Shown piece after piece: positions 55,870 to 64,000 of a DNA stretch of 64,000 nucleotides. Every line of letters begins with the position of its first letter. Positions within the stretch are counted from its first letter, which is position 1. Under the pieces are notes generated by a model. It made no database searches. It saw only the letters and a program-made list of their open reading frames with translations, and was not told the origin of the DNA. The DNA is taken from assembly GCA_043228905.1 (NCBI GenBank), contig JBHGNT010000001.1, positions 20,956,001-21,020,000 on the forward strand, written 5' to 3'. This stretch comes from Azolla caroliniana (lineage: Eukaryota; Plantae; Polypodiophyta). The position numbers and the translations under genes are program-made.

Positions 55870-58800
55870 TCAATTAGATTCCTCCGTGTCTTCATTTACA
55901 TCCGCCCTATTAGGTTTATCGTTGAGGTGATCGAGGTCAAGATCCTTGTCTTGTCTTTTCTTGAAAATCTTTACTCTTTTTCCCGCAATGGGTACGACCA
56001 ACCTTGATCCGTCTAGTTCCGCAAGGTGGTATGTGGCATTATCGTTGACACTTGTCACCACATATGGCCCGAACCATCTTATTGCGAACTTCCTTGTTGT
56101 ATTATGTTGATTGCTAAGGGTGCTGTCGTAAACCAAAACCCAATCCCCTTCTTCAATCTTCTTGGGACGAAGTCGATGCGTGTTGTCGAATTGAACTTTG
56201 TTCTTTACTCGGGCTGCCTCCATCATCTTTCGCGCTTTTTCTAAATCTTTAGGTCTTCTTTCAAGTTACCTTATCCGCGCCGCTAATAACTCTTCTTGGC
56301 TCATCTCGTTCTCCCACGGTATCGCTACCCATGAGGCGATCGTCCTTTCGATGGGCATAATCGGCTTTTGTCCATACATAAGCTCCGTCGGCATATACCC
56401 TGTCACCGAGCTATGTGTCGTTCTATCGGCCCACAAGGCATATGGTAATAGTTGTGGCCAATTCCCGACTCGACCGTTGCATGCCCGTACGATGGCTTTA
56501 ACGATAGGTCCATGCCCTTGCTCGATCTTCCCATTCGCTTTCGGATTGTAGGCAGTTGTGAGGGAGAGCTTCACGCATAGTCTTTCGAAGAGCTCCGTCG
56601 CTTCGTGCACGTCCAACTCCCCTCGGTCGGCCACTATCTTCCCTACACATCCATATCGGCAAACAACCTCTTCAAGTAGAAATTTGCAAACGGCTGAAGT
56701 CGTCTTATTTGTCAAGGCTCTTCCTTCCACTTGATTTGTCAAGTCTTCCCTTGCCAACGCTAAGTACTTCATTTGTCCCACTCCCATTGGCATAGAGACC
56801 AGATCCACCATCCATTTGAAGTGTATGGTGAGTGGGTATGTCGGCTGTAACTCATCACGATGACGTATATTTGAATATATTTGGGAAGTTTCGCATGTGG
56901 ACACAAAATGGAGTACATCTTTGTACATGCTTGGCCACCGATACTTCTCCTTCAACTTTTCGAACGTCGCCCATGTTCCTCTATGACCTGCCCAAGCACT
57001 CTCATGGAATTCGGTCATCAGTGTCTCTTGCTCTTCTTTCTTTACCACCACTCGATGTGGTATTCCTGTCCTTCTTTTTGGATGTCGCCAAAGGAATCCT
57101 CCCTTCAAGAAGTATCGGTAAGCTTTCTTTCGGATTCGTAGGGCCTCCTCCTTTGTCAACGAAGCATCTGTCGTCAATGTTTTTAGGAATCTACCGATGA
57201 GTAACCACTCTCCTTCGCACTCGTTCTCGTTGAAGGCATGGATGGTTTGCTTGTCCTGGTCTTCCGCCGACAATCGAGCCATCTTGAAGAAGTCGAGGGC
57301 GACATCTTCATCTTCCGAAACCATGTTACTTCCATTTGAAAATCTTGCCCTCGACAGCATGTCAGCCATGGCGTTCTTCTTCCCTGCAATGTGACGGATC
57401 TCTGGGTTTAAAGACTTGATGTAGGCGATCCACCTTAGCATAGCAAGATCTGGGGTCGCACATCCCAAGACCATTCCGAGAATTGGGAGACAATCTGTCT
57501 CTATTATCACTTCTGATCCGATAAGGTAATCTTTGTCTGTCTTCACTACCGACACAATACCCCAAAGTTCCCGCTTGACTTGGGCATATCTTTGTTGCCG
57601 TTCGCTGAGAACCTTTGCTCCGAACCGGACGGCATATCGCGCATTATCTTCACCTTCTTAATTGATGACCCACCCGATTCCGGTTGGGCTCGTATCTACG
57701 GTCACGTAAATTGGTTTCCCTTCGGCATAGTCGGCCTTCCTTAGTGCCGGAGCTTCAAGAAACAGTTTCTTTAATCTTCGCATCGCATTTGTGTGCTCAT
57801 CTCGCCATTCGAACTTCATTCTTTTCTTTAGTAGTTCATATAATGGTTCGGCGACATGAGCGTAGTGAGGAATCCATATATGATAAAATGCGCACGCTCC
57901 AAGGAACCTTCGAAACTCCGTTTGGTTTTCGCATTCTTCTTTCATGTCTTGGATTGCGTTCACTTTGGATGGCGAGGGCTTCCGGCCATATGCTCCACAT
58001 AAGTGACCTACCACCAAGATCTCCGGTTGCCCGAATGCGGATTTTTCTCCCGAAAATGTCAAATTCGCATCTTCGAGCCTTTGAAGCACCTTCTCGCAAT
58101 CTTTCATATGATCCGCAACGAACTTTCTACAACCTTCCTTATCTTTCGATTCATCTTTCTCCTCATCCGAACATCCTTTTATCGGAATGTCATCCAAGAA
58201 TGGCATCGTGATGTCCAGGATGCAATCCTTCAAGACTTTATTCATGGCATTCACCATATGAGCCACCGAGTTCGTTGTGCCTTGGGGTAAGGTACACATC
58301 CGCACAAGCCCGATCGGAGTCCTCATGGTTGTAATGTCCTGACTATCGATCGCCAATTGGAATTGGTCATATCCGGAGTAGAGATCGGCAATGGAGTAGA
58401 TGGACCGGCCCGCAAATGCTTCGGCAAATTTGTCCACGCTCGGACCGATTCCGGCATTTTGAATTGTCACCTTGTTGACGGGTTGAAGATCTTGGATGAA
58501 TCGCAATGATCCATTCTTCTTCGGCACCGTGAACCACCTATTGGAATAAGGAGCATTCGACGGTTCTAGAATTCCCATACTCACCTTCTCCTTTAAGAGC
58601 TCGATCAGCTTCGGAAGGTGTGCTCTCGGAACCGGTATCGGTTTCAAATTCCAAGGCACATGAGGCACCGTGAAGATCACCATCGGCTCTATAACCTTTG
58701 GGTCGGCGCATCCGATTTCTCGTGGGAAGAATGCGAAAGCCTTCCCATGTCTCTCAAGCATATCGCGAAACATTCGCTCCTCTTCAGGGAGAAGGAAATC

Positions 58801-61528
58801 CTCCTTTCCAACTCGTAGCTTCCCCTTCGTCTCTTTGGTGAAGACATGACCTATCTTCTTCGGATCTCTCAAGCTTGGATCGTTAGCGATTTCCTTCATC
58901 TTTTGCCAGCTATCTTCCGGTAGCGGAACCGCAACTGGCTTGATCTTCTTATCCACCGTTTTATATTTCGTGTTGATGTCAGCTTCCTTCATCGAAATGC
59001 CACGACGGTATTCATCGATGATAGCGTACATGTTGACGGAGTTAACCGAAATCACGCGTTGGTTGTGAAGATAGCTCAAGTCCACGACGTCCTCGATTTC
59101 GCCGATGGTGTCATTAAATGAGGCTTCTTCCATAATATGAGTCACAAACTCTCCTTCTTCTATTATGTTTTCTTCTTTTAGCATCTTCTCAAATTCTTGT
59201 ATCCGACGCTTGTGCTTCTTGTCGGGTAGTACTAGTTTACATGCGCCACTAGGTGTGACACATGTTGCTTCTCCTTGCAATCCACACACTCTTCTTTCTT
59301 GTGGGGTCTTGTGATTGCTCGGACTATTTGTGCCCCATGCTTCAATAGTCCGCTCTAAAAATCCGAGGATTCGCCTCCGAGACTATCTCGATTCCTTTCA
59401 TGATTGGCTCGCACCGTTAGGAATTGGACCGATCTTTGGTTGTCAAGACTCTTTATTCGTGCGAAGGCTACTCCATTATCGAACACTTTGGTCTCCATCC
59501 GAGATGATGTGATATAAGGTTGCCCTAGGATGACAGGATGCGACACCGATTCTTGTACGAAGAAGTGTTGTTCCATCTCCACATCCCCGATCGTGACTTT
59601 GATATTGGGACAAGCTCCGTACAAGTCCTCCGTAGACTTTGTTGCCGAGCGAATCTTCCATCTGTGGTTTGTATTGATTGGCCATCTTCCTTTTTTGTAG
59701 AAGTTGGTTGACATGAGGTTGATCTCCGAGCCGTGGTCGATCAAGGCTACCACGGTCTCTTTCTTCTCCCCGATCTTCACCGGCGTCTCCGTTGTCGCTC
59801 GTGCCCAATGAGGTCGAGTATAGTGGCTGTCCACCATATGTTCATCGACTTCGTCTCTTGCCATCGTTATGGCATTTGTTTTTGCTTTTTGTGGCTTCTC
59901 TTCTTCCTCGTCTGATTGTTGTCTCTTTCTCTTTACAAGGTCCACGATCGTGTCATGGAACTCCTTCGTAATGCCCAGCAATTCCCTCAAGGACAGTTAC
60001 GTGGCTATCAAGAACTCGTTCTTCGAGAATCTTCTTTAGGTCCGTTGTCTGCTCTATGTCCGACTTTAGCTTATAGGTAGGTATAGTCCTTGTCCTTCGA
60101 GCGGGGTCTTCGACACCAACCTTCACGGGCCGAACCGTTTCTTCAACTCGTATGCTCGGCTCCCCTTTTCGGCTTGATTCTCGTTCCTCCGTTTGTAAAG
60201 GTCGACTCGTCTCCGCATCGTCTTTCTTTTTCGGGTTCCTTGTTTCATGTCTTTTTGATGGACCTTGCTCTTCTATTCTCTTTCTCTTTTCTTCGACGAA
60301 CACCTCGTGGTTGTCACACATCACCTCTCCGAGTATGGTGTTGTCGTCCACCGGATCCGACCACCCGGTTATGCTTTGCATGCTTCGGTCTGCAAGCTCT
60401 ACCTCATTCGATGTGACTTTTTCCTTCTTCTCATATTCGAGAACGGAAGTCCAAAACTTTGCTCCCGCTCTAGCAGCTTCAGTCTTGTCTTTCCCGACTC
60501 TTATTCCGGCCGACGCAGCATATTGCATTGCATCCACATGAATCGCATCGGCATCCTCCATAGATTTCTTCATTCCTCCTCTTCTGAAATTCACCCGTAG
60601 GGGTCTTCTAGTCTCGCTTGAGCAGATCATGTTGTCCTCTATGTATACGATATTTTGTCGAATCGCCTCTCGAAGGCTCACACAATCCTTTATGGCATCT
60701 AAAGGGTTCTTTTCCTTTAGGGCCCCGACGATTCATGTTGGCTAGCGTGACCTTCTCAAACTTCTTCACTAGCTCTTCGATGATGTCGTCATCAATCTTC
60801 TTTTCTTCCACGTTACTTTGTCTTGGCGGCTTAGCTACTTTCAGCGGACTTGCTTTGTCCGTGGTAGTCGATCCCGTCAAGTCGGTGTCATCAACCCATT
60901 GGCGACGCTTGTCGAGCCTATTGCATGCCCGCTTCACTGCGATCCAATCCGCTATGAGCCCATTTGCTTGGGTATCATCTTCGAGAAGAATCCCCAACTC
61001 CCGTCTATCCTTTATGTCCACGGCCTTCAAGAAGTACAAAGTCTTGTCCTCTTCAAGCAACACTTGGTCCGTATTGGGGAGACGACTAAACATCTGGTCG
61101 AATTCGTCATACACCCTCGAGACGCTCATCTTCTTATTCTTCTTCTCTATCCACTTCATCAGGGCATGTCGAGTCATCCTCGCTGAGTCTTCAGTCACGA
61201 ACTCCGCTAGTATTGTTTTCTCGAACTCGGACCATGTTGTCTTACCTTCTTGAAGCTCAATGACGCGTCTTTGGATGTTGTTGGCGACAACTCTCTTGAA
61301 GCTTGCGATTTGACGTTCCTCGGACATGTCCCTCTGATTCATCTCCCTTCTATATGCATAAAGGAACTTCGTAACGTTCCTTCCATCGAATTGGCCCTCG
61401 AGCTCTACGACACGATCGACAGCCTTCTCCACGCTCGCGTCATTGTCCCGAGATCTCATCATTTGCTCGACGATTAGCATCATCCTTTCGAGCTCTCCCG
61501 CTTGGTTGCTTGAGGACGCCATCTCCAA
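55870..61528 (-). pseudogene. G6 gag-pol with frameshifts and stops
   Basis: gag 61528-59953, protease LIDHGSEIN 59990-59355, RT FLDD 59289-57658, RH/INT 57555-56266, GPY module 56226-55870; no chromodomain seen. Confidence 0.92.
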
Positions 61529-64000
61529 GTATTAATCTCGACTTGATCCTTCCTATTGCCTCTTTCACGTCGGGTTCACCACTTAATTATGTCGTGAAGA
61601 TCCGTCACTACGCACAGATCGTGTGGCGGAACCGCCGGGGTTCTGGACCGGAGGATTCAAAGTCGGTACAAGCTTTGGCGCAAGCTTTAGTGAGAAAGTA
61701 CTTAAGATAGATTGGGAAAGAGAGAAGTTGAGATTAAACGATTGAGAGAGATTGATTGAACTTTTATCTTTAGATTTAAGAAACAAGTTACATGATCAAT
61801 TTGATAACGAATTTCTTCTTCTTAATTTCATAACAAAAAAAAACGCGTTTTTTCTCCTCCCCCTTCCTTCTTTTATAGATGCTCTCATGCATATGATACA
61901 TGTGAGGGTACAAGACATGCATAAAATGCATGTTTGCCATTTGGTGCTTATGTATTACATGTGGTGAATGATAACCATGTCACTCATTTTAGCTCTCATG
62001 TATGAGAATTTACATGTAAAAGTACAATGATAGAAATATAAATTCAACTAAATGGCATGGCTTAATGATAAGCCACCAATTGACTCCTAACTCGGAGGTA
62101 CAAGGTTCGAATCCTTACTTGCCCTCCTTGTATATGTATATGTATATATATTTATATATTTATTTATCTAGTCACCGGATGTCGTCGCCTTACCGGCGTC
62201 GGATGCCGTCACCGGATTGCGGTCTCTCACCAGCGCCGGATCACCGGCTCCATCGTCGGTCCGGTTTTGGTTGGCCAAAACCCTTTAACGAGTAGCTAGC
62301 TCACCTCCACTCTTAGTTCAAGTTACCTTGAACTCTCTATGCTCCACACATAGACACAAAGATAATATCTTTTGCTCTACCTTATATATGATGAGAGCCA
62401 TATTTGTCGTGCGTATGTGGGATATCTCACAATTTTCTCTTTTCCTTTCACAAACTTTATACTCTCATATCTTGACATTTAGTTGTCCGTTTCTCGTGTA
62501 ATAAAGTGCATTCGAAACCTCCATCATTTTGTACTTAGATATTAAATTTATTTAAAATGTTATCTTCACAATTATTGTATTATGTGATTCATACTCGATT
62601 TTGTACGTTTTATGGGATTTTCACACTATTGCCGAAAATCTTCACAACGGTCGCGGACAAAGTGGTAGTGCCCCTCAATGTGCTTGGTCTTGGCGTGGAA
62701 GACGGGGTTCTTCACAAGTTAGATGCTGCTAAGGTTGTCGTAGTAGATCGTCGTTGGAGCGGACACCTCCACCTGTAGATCCTTGAGTAGCCTCTTGAGC
62801 CAAATGGCGTCGCATGTCACAACAGTCGCTCCTCGATACTCAGCCTCCGTGCTCGACAATGCAACTGTTGGCTGCTTTTTACTGCACCATGCGATCGCCA
62901 CACTTCCCAATGAAAATGCATATCCAGATGTTGATCTGCGATCGCTGGCATTTCCGGCCCAATCGACATCCGTGTAACCGACTAACTGCTTGGCTATGCT
63001 TGCCCGATATAGCAACGCCCTATCCTTAGTGCCGCGGACGTAGGGCAATATCCTTTGCGCACACTGAAGGTGTTCGGCCATGGGCTGCGACATAAATTGA
63101 CTAATCAGGCCGACCGGGTAACTAAGATCCGGCCGGGTGATCGTCAAATAAATTAAGCTTCCTACGATCTGTCGAAACCGTGTCGGGTTGCACGCTTGTT
63201 CTGAATCTCGGCGAAGCTTGGCGTTTCTATCTAGAGGAGTTAAGATGGACTTACAGTTTTCCATCACAAACTTGAAAAGCATACTCAACACGTTATGTCG
63301 TTGGTTGATCAGTATGCCTTCGGGGGTGTGGATCACTTCGATCCCTAGGAAGTAATGAAGATCCCCTAGGTTCTTCATGTTGAATGATGCCGCGAATTTG
63401 GACTTTAAGTGGCCAATTTCATCTAGGTTGGCGCCGACGATGTCTAAATCATTAACATAAAGTAAAATACTAATTGTTCCATGTCGACCTTGCCTGACAA
63501 ACAATGAAGAGTCTGATTTGGACGTCGCAAACCCCATCCGATGTAGGTGCTTCGTGATCTTTGCGTTCCACCCTCGTGGGGCTTGTTTTAGTCCGTAGAG
63601 GGATTTCTTCAGTCAGCACACCGCCGAGGTGTTCTTTCTAGACTTAAATCTGAGGGGCTGTACCATGTACATTTGCTCCTCAAGTTCTCCTTGCAGGAAC
63701 GCATTCTTTACATCCATCTGATGTAAATGCCACCCCTTTATTGCGGCTACTACAAGTAGAACACAGACGGTTGTCATCTTCGCGATAGGCGCAAAGGTCT
63801 CATCGTAGTCAATGCCATGATGTTGTGCGTATCCCTTAGCCACTAACTGGGCCTTGTAGCGGTTGATAGAGCCATTGGTGTTGTACTTGACCTTGTACAC
63901 CCACCTACATCCACTCGACTTTACACCCTTCGGGGCGTGAACTAGGTCCCATGTTTCATTTTCTACTAATGTGTGCATCTCCTCCTCCATTGCGGCATGC

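Larger units (their letters stand above)
54700..62646 (-). mobile_element. Gypsy G6: full-length, tRNA-Trp-primed, 4-bp TSD
   Basis: LTRs 54700-55797 and 61590-62646, TSD acgg 54696-54699/62647-62650, PBS 61564-61581 matching the recalled plant tRNA-Trp 3' end ttcacgtcgggttcacca, PPT ~55799-55809. Confidence 0.95.
53067..64000 (-). mobile_element. Copia F (Copia-A-like): 3' part, split by G6, running off the window
   Basis: 3' LTR 53067-53430, PPT 53431-53442, RH tail 53443-54699, RT/RH 62651-64000; HYHFVRDRVL is rejoined across G6. Confidence 0.9.

Overview
Land-plant nuclear DNA, probably a seed-free plant such as a fern (inferred from the retroelement types, not provable here). About 85% is nested LTR retrotransposons, around one host gene: an 8-exon MPDU1/Lec35-type PQ-loop gene (44408-47529, +) with two U12-type introns. 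TSD-verified nests: (i) Tat/Athila-like Gypsy, containing Copia A (11061-21948), containing Copia C (15048-20377, one open 1357-aa ORF); (ii) Tcn1-like Gypsy, containing a non-autonomous LTR element (24654-27862) that carries host gene fragments (EF-1alpha, RING-vWA); (iii) Copia D, containing a chromovirus with TG...TA ends (32224-42418), containing a very young gag-only element (32285-35427); (iv) Copia F, containing Gypsy G6 (54700-62646). The most unusual signal is the G4/G6 group: tRNA-Trp-primed Gypsy elements with 4-bp ACGN target duplications whose otherwise dissimilar LTRs each embed an antisense tRNA-like Pol III A-box/B-box module. One member encodes only a Gag N-terminus fused to acidic and KHALR repeats. 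Coordinates and mismatch counts were read by eye and may be off by a few bases; no database searches were run.
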